A DNA stretch of 63,986 nt, the filler included, from Octopus bimaculoides (Eukaryota): the NCBI RefSeq assembly GCF_001194135.2. It is 7 parts of 6 records of this genome, joined end to end, with 100 filler letters (N's around TTAATTAATTAA, not from the genome) between each part and the next. Parts side by side here need not be neighbours in the genome. Positions count along the whole stretch, not along the records: positions 1 to 17,786 come from NC_068995.1; positions 17,887 to 33,468 come from NC_068981.1; 5 more parts are not named here. One strand, given 5' to 3'. The translations under genes were made by a program, and so were the position numbers. This document shows, in pieces, positions 12,334-24,856 of the stretch (its first letter is position 1; each line of letters starts with the position of its first letter). The notes below the pieces were generated by a model, which was not told the DNA's origin, ran no database searches, and saw only the letters and a list, made by a program, of their open reading frames with translations.

Positions 12334-12440
12334 AACACTACAATCGTTTCGACTCACCCTGCATCTGTCCCTTGCGGGTAGGATATTGTACAGCTGATTG
12401 TGTTGCAGCCAACGCAGCAGAATGCATCTCATCAGATGTC
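12334..12440 (-). ncRNA. Candidate type I hammerhead ribozyme with canonical core and extended stem II
   Basis: Minus strand reads GACAU-CUGAUGA-GAU...GUC-GAAAC-GAUU-GUA-GUGUU. Stem I is 5 bp, G10.1-C11.1 is present, stem II has an internal GCAU(U)CUG/CAGAUGC helix, and AATAAA follows directly. Confidence 0.7.
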
Positions 12441-14103
12441 TCGTTTTGAATAAGACACAAGTCAATAACCTACTGGCGACTACGACATGCCAAGCGAAAC
12501 CGAGTGTATTTAGCAAAATATCTTATATATATATATATATATATATATATNNNNNNNNNNNNNNNNNNNNNNNNNNNNNNNNNNNNNNNNNNNNNNNNNN
12601 NNNNNNNNNNNNNNNNNNNNNNNNNNNNNNNNNNNNNNNNNNNNNNNNNNNNNNNNNNNNNNNNNNNNNNNNNNNNNNNNNNNNNNNNNNNNNNNNNNNN
12701 NNNNNNNNNNNNNNNNNNNNNNNNNNNNNNNNNNNNNNNNNNNNNNNNNNNNNNNNNNNNNNNNNNNNNNNNNNNNNNNNNNNNNNNNNNNNNNNNNNNN
12801 NNNNNNNNNNNNNNNNNNNNNNNNNNNNNNNNNNNNNNNNNNNNNNNNNNNNNNNNNNNNNNNNNNNNNNNNNNNNNNNNNNNNNNNNNNNNNNNNNNNN
12901 NNNNNNNNNNNNNNNNNNNNNNNNNNNNNNNNNNNNNNNNNNNNNNNNNNNNNNNNNNNNNNNNNNNNNNNNNNNNNNNNNNNNNNNNNNNNNNNNNNNN
13001 NNNNNNNNNNNNNNNNNNNNNNNNNNNNNNNNNNNNNNNNNNNNNNNNNNNNNNNNNNNNNNNNNNNNNNNNNNNNNNNNNNNNNNNNNNNNNNNNNNNN
13101 NNNNNNNNNNNNNNNNNNNNNNNNNNNNNNNNNNNNNNNNNNNNNNNNNNNNNNNNNNNNNNNNNNNNNNNNNNNNNNNNNNNNNNNNNNNNNNNNNNNN
13201 NNNNNNNNNNNNNNNNNNNNNNNNNNNNNNNNNNNNNNNNNNNNNNNNNNNNNNNNNNNNNNNNNNNNNNNNNNNNNNNNNNNNNNNNNNNNNNNNNNNN
13301 NNNNNNNNNNNNNNNNNNNNNNNNNNNNNNNNNNNNNNNNNNNNNNNNNNNNNNNNNNNNNNNNNNNNNNNNNNNNNNNNNNNNNNNNNNNNNNNNNNNN
13401 NNNNNNNNNNNNNNNNNNNNNNNNNNNNNNNNNNNNNNNNNNNNNNNNNNNNNNNNNNNNNNNNNNNNNNNNNNNNNNNNNNNNNNNNNNNNNNNACGTA
13501 TATATGGTGAGATGAATCTCCGCCGGTTGTGAAGATGAAGATGCAGTTATCCGATCAACTGAATTGCTCGGTCATTTACTCACTGAAATGACGTGTAAGT
13601 GGACGTGTATTCTACAGACATAAGTGCCCCTAAACGTAATTCTCAGGCAGAGTGTTCTACAGAAAACAATAAGAACATTGGTCATCGGTCATTTGCAATA
13701 TAATATTATAATGAATCAAGAATACAGAGATTTAAGCAACGTGTTGGCTGTAGTTAAATGTTTTAATGAATCTACAGTGTGAACATTGTTTATTTCCTAA
13801 GAACGACCGTCATGAAAATGTAAGAAAATAGTTTGACTTGGTTATAACCTTTACAAGGCAACCGGGTTAACCTAATCATCCATCAGCTCACTATTTTTGT
13901 ACAACAGTCAGGTTAGCGATATATATATTCATTTCAAATGTGTGTGTGTGTGTATGTATATAACTATGTATTTATATATTTTTCTGTTGTGATTCAGGTA
14001 TACATTATTTTATAGAATTCTAAATGTTAACTCCATATTTGTTTTGTACCTCATGAAAACGGCATTTTGTTTTTGGTGTAACATTGGAAGACTTCCTCTC
14101 CAG

Positions 14104-14147
14104 AAACTCAAGTTAGCCAAAAAACTAAAATGTGAAATTTATGAGAA
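14104..14147 (+). other. Possible 44-nt internal exon (unidentified)
   Basis: cttcctctccAG acceptor, GAA|GTGAGT donor, one open frame KLKLAKKLKCEIYE; no homology recognised. Confidence 0.2.
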
Positions 14148-14686
14148 GTGAGTACAAGCGCCATCTGTTGTAAATTTCTCTTTATCAGTAAGAAAACGGA
14201 AATAAACAACAAAAAACAAATACCAGTAAACAAAAATAAAAACAGAAAGTAATTCAAAGGCAAGACGCGTTGCTTTTCCCTAAACTGCTAATTAAGTGAG
14301 CATTTAAATTGTGTATTGAAATTATCGTTAAAAAATTGGAAGGACACTTTTTATCCTGTAGAATTCAGAGTTAAAGGATAACTGTTTCCTTTAACACAAC
14401 TACTCGAAAAATATGAAACAAAATATATAGTATTTGAATAGTATGTCGTCTTTTGTACGACAAGTTAAAACATGCTTAGAGTTGGGAACATATTGGTTTC
14501 AAAATTTGCCTACAAGGCTTGGTCAACTCGTGGCTATAGTAGGATCACGTACCCAGGGTACTAGTTTGAAACAGTCACATAGTTTGAAGGAAGCTTTAAC
14601 CACACAGCCACACACGTGCTTATATAATATATTGTAATAAAACAATACATTGTAATATGTTGTAATATATCGTGACATATTGTAAT

Positions 14687-14719
<33 letters not shown>

Positions 14720-14754
14720 TGTAATATATGTAATATATACAGTATATATAAGAC

Positions 14755-14963
14755 GGTGGCGAGCTGGTCGAATTGTTAGCATGCCAGGCGAAGTGCTTAA
14801 TAGCATTTCGTCCGCCTTTATGTTCAGAGCTCAAATTCCGCAGAGTCGACTTTGTCTTTCATCCTTTCGGAATGGATAAAATAAATACCAGTTAAACACT
14901 GGAGTCAATGTAATCGACTTACACCTCTCCTGAAATTGCTGGCCTTGTGTCAAAACTTGAAAG

Positions 14964-14965
<2 letters not shown>
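14755..14965 (+). mobile_element. SINE family A
   Basis: Full head (GGTGGCGAGCTGG..GTTAGCA) and body. Confidence 0.85.
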
Positions 14966-15012
<47 letters not shown>

Positions 15013-15974
15013 GTAATGTATTATAATCAAATCATATATATTGTGATGATATGCCATAATGAAACAAAATATTTTGTAATACAATACAGGGTGGACCAAA
15101 AGTCACGCAGAAAATAAGTTTAATATGGTCTGGAATTGTCAAAGATATGCTTCAGTTTTCCTAAAATTGAATGAAATAAAGTAATGATGAATACACACAT
15201 ATTTGTACACAATGAGAAAAATGAATAATAATGGCGTCAACTTCTGGCGCAAGATCAGCGCTTTTAGGTGAGAGGACATATCTATTGATCCTGAGAGGAT
15301 GAAAGTCAAAGTCAAACTCAAAATGTAGAAAAGGACGAAATGCCACGAAGCAGTTGCATGACTTTTGGCCTCTATAATGTATTTTGTAAAATATTGTGGT
15401 GGAAGGTGAAGTCTTTATCACATTCCAATTTTTTTTTTGATTTCCTGTAGTATTTTGTGAAGAACAGTAAATATAAAGGTGGTGGACAACTAACGTCAAG
15501 GTCATGAGTTCAGTTCTTACTAAAGCCATTGTGTTGTGTTGGTTCTGGTTATGGACTACTGACAACAGGTTCGTAATTTCAGTTCTTACTATAGACATTG
15601 CCTTCTGTTGGTTTTGAATTCTGGAAGGCAACTAAGATGAGCGTCAGTACTAATTAATGTCAGTAGTAATTAAGTTACAAAAAAAATTAGTTTAAAGAAA
15701 GGTTCGGGCTGGACAAGATGACTAACCCTGAAGAATAGACGGTCTGTTGGACAAAGATGGTATTTGTCTGACAGCCAACGTCTTCATCAATCTCTTCATT
15801 CTAAGGCAACCGTCAGAAGCATCAAATACAACCATTCTTCACTCCAACCAATCCAAAGTTTGTGGTATTCTACGATTTCTGATATTTTTTTATTCTGTTG
15901 CTGATTCGCCTCACCCTTTATTTCATGGTTGAGTTCTTAACGAAGAATACCACAGAAAATCAATTATCCCGTCG

Positions 15975-16241
15975 TCGCCGCTGCTTCTGCCGCAGCTGCT
16001 GTTGCTGCTGCTGCTACTGTTTGCACAGCAGCTACTGCTACTACTGCTGCCACTGCTGCTGCCTCTGCTGTTGCCACTGCTGCTGCCTCTGCTGTTGCCG
16101 CTACTACCGTTGCTGCTGCTGCTGCTACCTCTGCTGCTGCTGCTACCTCTGCTGCTGCTGCTACTTCTGCTGCTACTGCTACCTCTGCTGCTGCTGCTAC
16201 TACCTCTAATGCTGCTGCTACCTCTGCTGCTGCTGCTGCTG
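15975..16241. repeat. (CTG)n-derived compound repeat with a 15-18-bp higher-order unit ctgctgctgctacct
   Basis: Directly visible; runs into an N gap. Confidence 0.9.
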
Positions 16242-16974
16242 NNNNNNNNNNNNNNNNNNNNNNNNNNNNNNNNNNNNNNNNNNNNNNNNNNNNNNNNNNN
16301 NNNNNNNNNNNNNNNNNNNNNNNNNNNNNNNNNNNNNNNNNNNNNNNNNNNNNNNNNNNNNNNNNNNNNNNNNNNNNNNNNNNNNNNNNNNNNNNNNNNN
16401 NNNNNNNNNNNNNNNNNNNNNNNNNNNNNNNNNNNNNNNNNNNNNNNNNNNNNNNNNNNNNNNNNNNNNNNNNNNNNNNNNNNNNNNNNNNNNNNNNNNN
16501 NNNNNNNNNNNNNNNNNNNNNNNNNNNNNNNNNNNNNNNNNNNNNNNNNNNNNNNNNNNNNNNNNNNNNNNNNNNNNNNNNNNNNNNNNNNNNNNNNNNN
16601 NNNNNNNNNNNNNNNNNNNNNNNNNNNNNNNNNNNNNNNNNNNNNNNNNNNNNNNNNNNNNNNNNNNNNNNNNNNNNNNNNNNNNNNNNNNNNNNNNNNN
16701 NNNNNNNNNNNNNNNNNNNNNNNNNNNNNNNNNNNNNNNNNNNNNNNNNNNNNNNNNNNNNNNNNNNNNNNNNNNNNNNNNNNNNNNNNNNNNNNNNNNN
16801 NNNNNNNNNNNNNNNNNNNNNNNNNNNNNNNNNNNNNNNNNNNNNNNNNNNNNNNNNNNNNNNNNNNNNNNNNNNNNNNNNNNNNNNNNNNNNNNNNNNN
16901 NNNCAATGTTAACATCTGAAAGTTAGTATTTGTAAATGTAATGAAACAATGAGAAACGATAGCTGACATTGAAT

Positions 16975-17400
16975 GGTATTGGTGGTGGTTGTAGCGGTGG
17001 TGGTTGTGGTGGTTGTGGTTGTGGTGGTTGTGGTGGTTGTGGTGGTGGTGGTGCTGGTAGTAGTAATGACGATGATGGCAGTTGTGGTTGTGATTGTAGC
17101 GTAGGTGTTGGTGTCAGTAGTGGTGTTTTGATGGTGGCACTGGTGTTGGTGGTGGTGTTGGTTGTAGTGGCGGTGTTGCCCCTGCAGGTGCTGATGATGG
17201 TGGTAGTGATGCTGGTGTTGTTAATGTTGATGGTGGTGGTAGTGGTGTTGGTAGTGGTGTTGGTTTGATAGTGATGACGGTGGTGATAGCTATGGTGGTA
17301 GTAGTGATGTTGAAGGAAGCAGTGATGGTGGTAGTGGCAGTGGTGTGCTTAATGCTGGAGATGGCTGCGGTGTTGGTGGCGGTTGTTGTGAGTAATTGGT
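16975..17400. repeat. Degenerate (GGT)n microsatellite
   Basis: Directly visible. Confidence 0.9.
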
Positions 17401-17786
17401 GAAATGTGACACAATTAGAATAAATACACGACAATAACAGCAGCAATAACAACAATAAATAAAACAACAACAACAACAACAACGTCTGTAAGAACGCAGA
17501 TCAATATAATATATAACAATGTAAATGGGTTTTTAATTAGAATCCAGCAGAATGTATAGATGTGTATGTATCTGTGTATGTACGTGCGTGCGTGTATGTA
17601 TGAGTGTATGTATAGAAGTGTGTGTATGTATGCATGCATTTATGTATGTATGTGTGTATGTATGTATGTATGTATGTGTGAATGTGTCCGTGTATAGTAT
17701 ATGTATGTGTATGTGTCTATGTGTGTGTATATGTGTGAAACCATGTGTATATATGTAAGTATATATATATATATATATATATATAT

Positions 17787-17886
17787 NNNNNNNNNNNNNN
17801 NNNNNNNNNNNNNNNNNNNNNNNNNNNNNNTTAATTAATTAANNNNNNNNNNNNNNNNNNNNNNNNNNNNNNNNNNNNNNNNNNNN
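17787..17886. other. Assembly linker 44N-TTAATTAATTAA-44N (also at 33469, 44733, 53974, 60165, 62651)
   Basis: The same 100-bp structure occurs six times; the 12-mer gives stop codons in all six frames. Confidence 0.9.
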
Positions 17887-20800
17887 TATATATATATATA
17901 TATATGCATATATACATACACACACACATATATACATACATATAAAGTCCTAAATAACAGTTTGATGAAAATTTATTTAGCAATACGAACATTCTAATTC
18001 CGCAAGTTGGATCGTAACTTCCAAACACAATCTGTAGTATTCTGTTTAATAATATTACTTATATGCCTTCATTAATGTAAAATGCAAAGAATTCCTAAAA
18101 ATGATATATACTTTCTGTTCTTTATACCAGTAATATCAACTAGTTACTTCTTAATTATATTACTAAATTTCTCTCCCATTTATTAGAAAATTCACCTAAT
18201 TCATATCAACTTTATTAACACTGCCTTCCACAAGGTTTAACATTTTGACTTTGCGGTCTTATAAAGTTACGTCGAGAATTGATATATATAGCAGAAAACA
18301 AAAACTTTTAGTCATGTATCGAGCATTGAAACACAATTTTTTTAAAAAAGTATCGGAGGTGTGATGAATAACTAACGCGCGCACAACGATAAAGTAAAAT
18401 TTAATTTAATAAACATACTCTCAGAAAAATTGATATTTCAAGAAAATTACATCAAGAGTTATTTCCCCTCCTTATCGTTTATGCATATTTTGCAAAGGAA
18501 AACAAGACATTTTGATTTACTCGGCCGCCAGTTTTAAAGACAATTAAACTAAAATTTTATGAATTCCATCCACTCATCCAGTGGATATTTCAACCAGTTT
18601 GGGGATAATTTGTCCAACCATTTGCAAGGAATTTTGCAAACGCACAGACAAACAGACGAAAACGAGAGACTACGATAACCCTGCTTCACTTACGTACGCA
18701 GAGTAAATAATGATATCAATCTCGACGATTAGCTATGGCTTATTTACATTTACACAATTCCTCCCATCATTGTTTCCGTACACAACATGTTTGGAGGACT
18801 CGATGTCTGCTATTGTGGTTGACATTACTCTACATAATGATTACAGATCATTTTTTCCTTCAATCATAACTTAGTGTGGAAATAGGCGTCATAATATATC
18901 AACGCATCAGCTCCTAGACAATAAATTGAAAGTTATATATAATTCATCATATCACATTTTGCAATATTTGAAGTGACAATATACAACGTAATATAGTCAA
19001 CACCAAGTTTCCAGGTACACCTTAGATTAAAAATATATAAACACGAGGCAATCAATTATATGCCTCCCGTTTATACATCGTAAATTTTTCAAATGTACTG
19101 CGCAGGCGCAGCTCCTCACCGGCAATAAAAAAATGCCAACTATAAAATTCGAAAATTATCCAAAATCTTACGATACTTAATCATATCGAAGGGAAATGGA
19201 AAATAATAAAAAGTTTCGTTTCCAGTGGTCTAGCGTATAAAGATTTAGTCCAAAGACTAATGAATTACTCGTAAGATACAGTGTATATTTAAACACATAC
19301 GTGGAATCCACTCATTTGGGTTGCTTACGCTAGAAAGAACAGCTAGGTTCTATAACCACAAAAAATAGGGATGAAATTCCGAAAGGAACAATATGAAAAA
19401 ATAAAAACTATTAGCATTTATTTTCCTGGACCAATTGGGTCCGGAAAATAGATGCTAGATATATATATATATATGCCGTAGCATGTAAGCAGACCAAACT
19501 TTTTTATCATGTACAAAGTTTTAAAAATATATATAACAAAATTCCAACCCGAGTCGTCAGATTTAAATGTTTAAATCATAGTAATCCGAAACCTTGTTCA
19601 AGTGAGAAGCCGAGTTATGGACGAATCTGCAGCCGGATTGCTTGTAACAGATCATTTCAGATCCTTCTGGAATGTTCCTGTACGAATTTTATAAATAGAA
19701 ATTGTGAGCGCCAACTTTGCCGAGTGTCATAGGCGTCCGGGCAGAGTGTCGTTTCCACTCTCGCCACCCAATTTGTGAAAAGACTGAGAGATTCATTTTC
19801 ACATGTGTGATTTCTTCTTGAGTGTGAGCCAACCCACAGTTCAGTTACTTACACTCTCTTGCCATTTGTAATAATAGCTTTTGCGGCTCCTATGAAACAT
19901 TGACGTCGTTATAGTTGGTCGTTATCGATCCAATGTGTATATTTTCTCCTATCTTGGCAAGCTTAAATACAGATCTTTTGTAATCAACTATTTGTAAATG
20001 GTACAGAATTATTCTTTCCATTTTTCTAACCTGTTTCAATTTTCTAGTTCAGGACCAACCTGAAAAATCTTTTTAATTTTTCAAGAGTTTTGCGCATTCA
20101 TTATACGCAGCCTGGTTCCAACTCATCTCTTGCTTCACATCTTTTCTCTATCAGCCGCAATAACTGGTAACTCAATAACAACATTTTGTGATAAATATAA
20201 TCCAAGAATGTAGGATCTCTGTGAATGATTGTGGGGCTGTCATCAGAATAAACTTGAAGACATGCATCACATGTTAATATCTGACTGAGGGGTATCGCCA
20301 TTGTCAAAGACACCACCACATAACTTCAAATCACTAGTACTACAAAATACTAAAATAAAAGTATATACCCAATGAAATGAGAAAAAATACATAAAAATAC
20401 AGGTACAGAGAAATAGTTCCTACAATAAATCCCTACTTTCCACAAAACATATACGCGGTATTTTCAGCAAACATAAACTGTAGTAAAATATACGCAAGGG
20501 ACCACTTATTCAAACATTGCCGCGCACACAGCTGTTTTCTCCAAGAGTACAGAAATCCAGTATGCGATACAGTAACACTTATATTTTAGATTGCACACTA
20601 CAACCTGTTTCATTTGCTGTATGTCCACTTATGCAGCGTTATGCTCCGGCTACCTGTAAATATATGTAAATGGAATACAAATTTTAATTTGACCAGTTGT
20701 CAACTAATCTTGTACCACGGGATCTGGCATCTTAATTTTCATCAAATTCAAGAAGACGTGCATATGTTTTGTATATTTACTGCAGAATAATGGTTTGACA

Positions 20801-21164
20801 TATTTTGCTTGGAGTATTCCTATTTTCTTGGATATTGTGCTGAAACAGGAATCTCTTCATTATTTCTTGTAATAGATTGCTCATTATATTGCAGTAGAAG
20901 ATGAAAAAAAAAGCATTTTCCCTAAATTGTGTTTTCTGTTATGTGCTCGAAAACTACCTCAGGTCTTATTAATTTAAGCACTGAAGAATTCGAAGATATA
21001 ATGTCATTTGCAACGAAATCATATGAGAGCAAACAGACCAAAATCATTACCCTACAAATCCATTTAAGAAGAAAATACAGGCAATTAAGATTACATTTGA
21101 GTAGCACTCTTAAGGTTGCAATGTCTATGGAGTGGATAAGTTGATTACATTGACTCCAATACTC

Positions 21165-21290
21165 AATTGGTAGCAATTGTATCCACACCGAGAGGATGAA
21201 AAGCAAAGTCAATCTCGGTGACATGAAATCAGAACATAAAAATGGACGAAATGCCGCTAAGCAATTTTCCTGGCGCAGTAACGATTCAGC
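21165..21290 (-). mobile_element. SINE family A, degraded
   Basis: gaggatgaaaagcaaagtcaatctcgg..cagaacataaaaatggacgaaatgccgctaagc. Confidence 0.7.
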
Positions 21291-22249
21291 TTAGTAGTCT
21301 TAAGGATATTAAAAAAAAAATTTAAAAAAACTATCAGACAATCTCAGTAACATCAATTTTTCAGGTTCCATATCCGGCATAACACAACAGATTCATTGAA
21401 ATGAGGATTGGAACGATATTCAGATATACATATTCTGTCAACAGAAGAACGAACAGTATGAAAATGTGTTGGTAATCTTATTTTCTATTGCAGTGAACGA
21501 GGTAGATAAGTGCAATATAAATAGACTTAGGTATTCATCAGCATTACATGAATATTTCGGCAAAACTCAGATCGCAATTTCCAAGTGGATACAGAATTTG
21601 TTGATAATTTGCCAAACGTAATCATCAGTAAATTAAAGGAACGAGATTGTAATGTCATGTTTTATGTGTACAATTTTCCCTGTGTATTATAGTTAGCAGG
21701 TAAAAGCTCTCTGGAAACATCACATAAAACATGTCCAGTATAAATAGTGCAATGCACATCAGTGTGATTACACGTTGACTCTTTCAATTTCTCACACATA
21801 ATTTCTTAAAATTGGCAGTCATTTGCATAAATAAGAACGCATATGAAATTATTATTATATTATCATCAATATCTGTGCAAAACTACTGGTTCACGCAGAA
21901 CCGGAAGGAAAATATGGGAATAAATATATTTTTGCTTCTCTCAGTTCCGATCACAAATTATTTTGGAGTCGAATTTCCCTTTTCTTACACCGTTATTGAT
22001 TATATGATTAGCATTAATGCAATTGTATATTCTCTCAGCTTTCAATAAATTGGCCGTATGCCTAAGGAAGAATTCAATATGTAAATAAGAATCAATATGT
22101 ATAACTACACCGTTGGAACGATCGCTTCACTACACATACTTGCATACACAATTACATGCTCAAACATCCATATATATACGAAATCATATACATGGTCATA
22201 ATATACTCCTTCTACAATTTAAAATTTAAATACTTTTAATGTTTATACA

Positions 22250-22640
22250 TAGAATACAGCAGGAAAATCGAAAGGCATCTAATGAGAGCGAGTAAAGTGT
22301 TTGGACAACTAAACCGATTTTCGTAGCAGAATATCCGCTAGAGATAAAGAGGACACGATAAAAACTGATACATGCCTGGAGAAACATGTCTGTAGGAGAA
22401 TAATTCCATTCGCACAGCATCCTACCTATTTCGAACGTGAAGCTTGATCCCCATGCAGATACATACGACCTTATTCTTTGGGGGTACATGTTGAGATGTG
22501 TTAATCTTGTATTATCTGTGCATAGATTATCTTAAAAATTTCTCGTCAAAAGCATTAATGACATGAGTTCCATGCGCAGGACTATTTATAACGAGATTGC
22601 CCGCGATTAATGGAATTTTCTTTCCATCCACCAACACTAT
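22250..22640 (+). mobile_element. Highly degraded RTE/L2-type LINE ORF2 C-terminal relic
   Basis: KIERHLMRASKVFGQLNR..QNIR resembles the post-RT segment I.RRI.KAS..FG.L; many stops. Confidence 0.35.
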
Positions 22641-24816
22641 TCTATGCAAAGAGTTTAATCTTTCAGGTGTCCCTTTGTTGGCGTCTCTTTCTCTACTCCA
22701 CAGCTTACAGGATTTGACCCTTATTGTCAAGAACACTAGGTTACAGATTTGGCCGATTAAACATCGTATTAACTCTACTGCATTAACATGCTGCTGGTTT
22801 ACCATTAATACTTCAGCATTGCATATGTCAACAGTTATGATATACGGTGGATTACCACAATAGCGTCATGATATTTTCTATACGAAAACAAAAACTATTA
22901 TACGAAAACTATTATCACTCGACATTACTGAAAGTCAAAGCCTCTCCGCCGTTGATGATCAGTTAACGATGGAATCACATCATAGAGAATACAGTATAAA
23001 CAGAAGAAATTGTAACATTGCTTGTTCCATTTTTCATAGAATGTTNNNNNNNNNNNNNNNNNNNNNNNNNNNNNNNNNNNNNNNNNNNNNNNNNNNNNNN
23101 NNNNNNNNNNNNNNNNNNNNNNNNNNNNNNNNNNNNNNNNNNNNNNNNNNNNNNNNNNNNNNNNNNNNNNNNNNNNNNNNNNNNNNNNNNNNNNNNNNNN
23201 NNNNNNNNNNNNNNNNNNNNNNNNNNNNNNNNNNNNNNNNNNNNNNNNNNNNNNNNNNNNNNNNNNNNNNNNNNNNNNNNNNNNNNNNNNNNNNNNNNNN
23301 NNNNNNNNNNNNNNNNNNNNNNNNNNNNNNNNNNNNNNNNNNNNNNNNNNNNNNNNNNNNNNNNNNNNNNNNNNNNNNNNNNNNNNNNNNNNNNNNNNNN
23401 NNNNNNNNNNNNNNNNNNNNNNNNNNNNNNNNNNNNNNNNNNNNNNNNNNNNNNNNNNNNNNNNNNNNNNNNNNNNNNNNNNNNNNNNNNNNNNNNNNNN
23501 NNNNNNNNNNNNNNNNNNNNNNNNNNNNNNNNNNNNNNNNNNNNNNNNNNNNNNNNNNNNNNNNNNNNNNNNNNNNNNNNNNNNNNNNNNNNNNNNNNNN
23601 NNNNNNNNNNNNNNNNNNNNNNNNNNNNNNNNNNNNNNNNNNNNNNNNNNNNNNNNNNNNNNNNNNNNNNNNNNNNNNNNNNNNNNNNNNNNNNNNNNNN
23701 NNNNNNNNNNNNNNNNNNNNNNNNNNNNNNNNNNNNNNNATATATATATATATATATATATAAGGAATATCAAAACTGGGACAAGGACGCAAAATAAGCA
23801 GGCAGTTAGAGGATACAAAAGAGGGACAACAAAATATCCAGACAGACGATAAAAAGACAAGGACGGGTCATTCGGAGTTTTCTTTCTTCAGTCGAGTTCC
23901 AGACTATCTTTGCAATTTCCGTTGGTTATACTCGGGGTTGCTCCAATCTGCTCAGCCCCAAAGAAAAAAATAGCTAAGAGCACTAGATTCCTTGGAAGAA
24001 AGCAGCAAATGTACACGAAAACAAGGACGGAAAAAAAAGGAGAGATGGTACGCAAATACAAATGGAAATAAAGACATGAACAGCAGGTATCTTTCGACTA
24101 AAGTCTAATCAAATTAAGGTGACGTATGTGAAATTGAAGCCTTACGGCAGGGAAATCAGGTATTACACATATAGGGAGGAATATAGATGTTGCACGGATA
24201 GTAGTCGAACCAAGGAAGAAAGGTCAGGCTTGGCAGAACACCGGTCACGTGGAGAGAAAGAGAGAATGGTAGATGCAGTAGGATAGAAGAATTAGGGAGA
24301 ATATGAGAAAAAAGGAAAGGTACAGAGTGAAGTGAAAGAGAATGGAAGCTGAGAATGAAGAGAAAACCAGGAAATGTTAGAGAAGGTGAACATATGTGTG
24401 TGTGTGTGTGTGTGATTGTGTGTGTATGAAAGATTATATATATTATGCATACACGCACAGATGCAGATGTATATAGTTTCTACATAAATCTTATTTCCAG
24501 TTTGAACATTTCAAAACTAAACCCGGTAAATAAGAACAACTCAGCAGTGTCTACTGGAAAACATAAGCAAACAAATACATTTTTATTAGTAACCTAAGGA
24601 CGTCATCATGCGCGCCACAATGTTTGCACGTAACCTACTGAGTTATCCTTATCTCTTTCTTTATACCGAATATATAAAATTGAAATTGTATTTTATGGAG
24701 ATACTCTAGACATACATACATATACAAGCACAAGTATATAGATACATGTATGTATGTTTGCGCGTACGAATATCCATATATACACACATACATATACATG
24801 CATATGTATATACACA

Positions 24817-24856
<40 letters not shown>

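Noticed and set aside
12398-13532. Long ORFs of 300+ aa spanning N runs (also at about 6.5-7.6, 16, 23, 27, 40-42, 47 kb)
   Set aside because: They are open only because N codons contain no stops.
15898-17482. Poly-Cys, poly-Leu, poly-Ser and Gly-Cys ORFs resembling metallothionein or structural proteins
   Set aside because: They are translations of CTG and GGT microsatellites.
17831-17842. TTAATTAATTAA repeated six times across the window, superficially like a regularly spaced repeat or piggyBac site
   Set aside because: It is always centred in exactly 44+44 N, so it is an artificial scaffold linker.
20200-20250. PTIIHRD resembling the kinase HRD motif
   Set aside because: No following LKxxN or other kinase subdomains in any frame.
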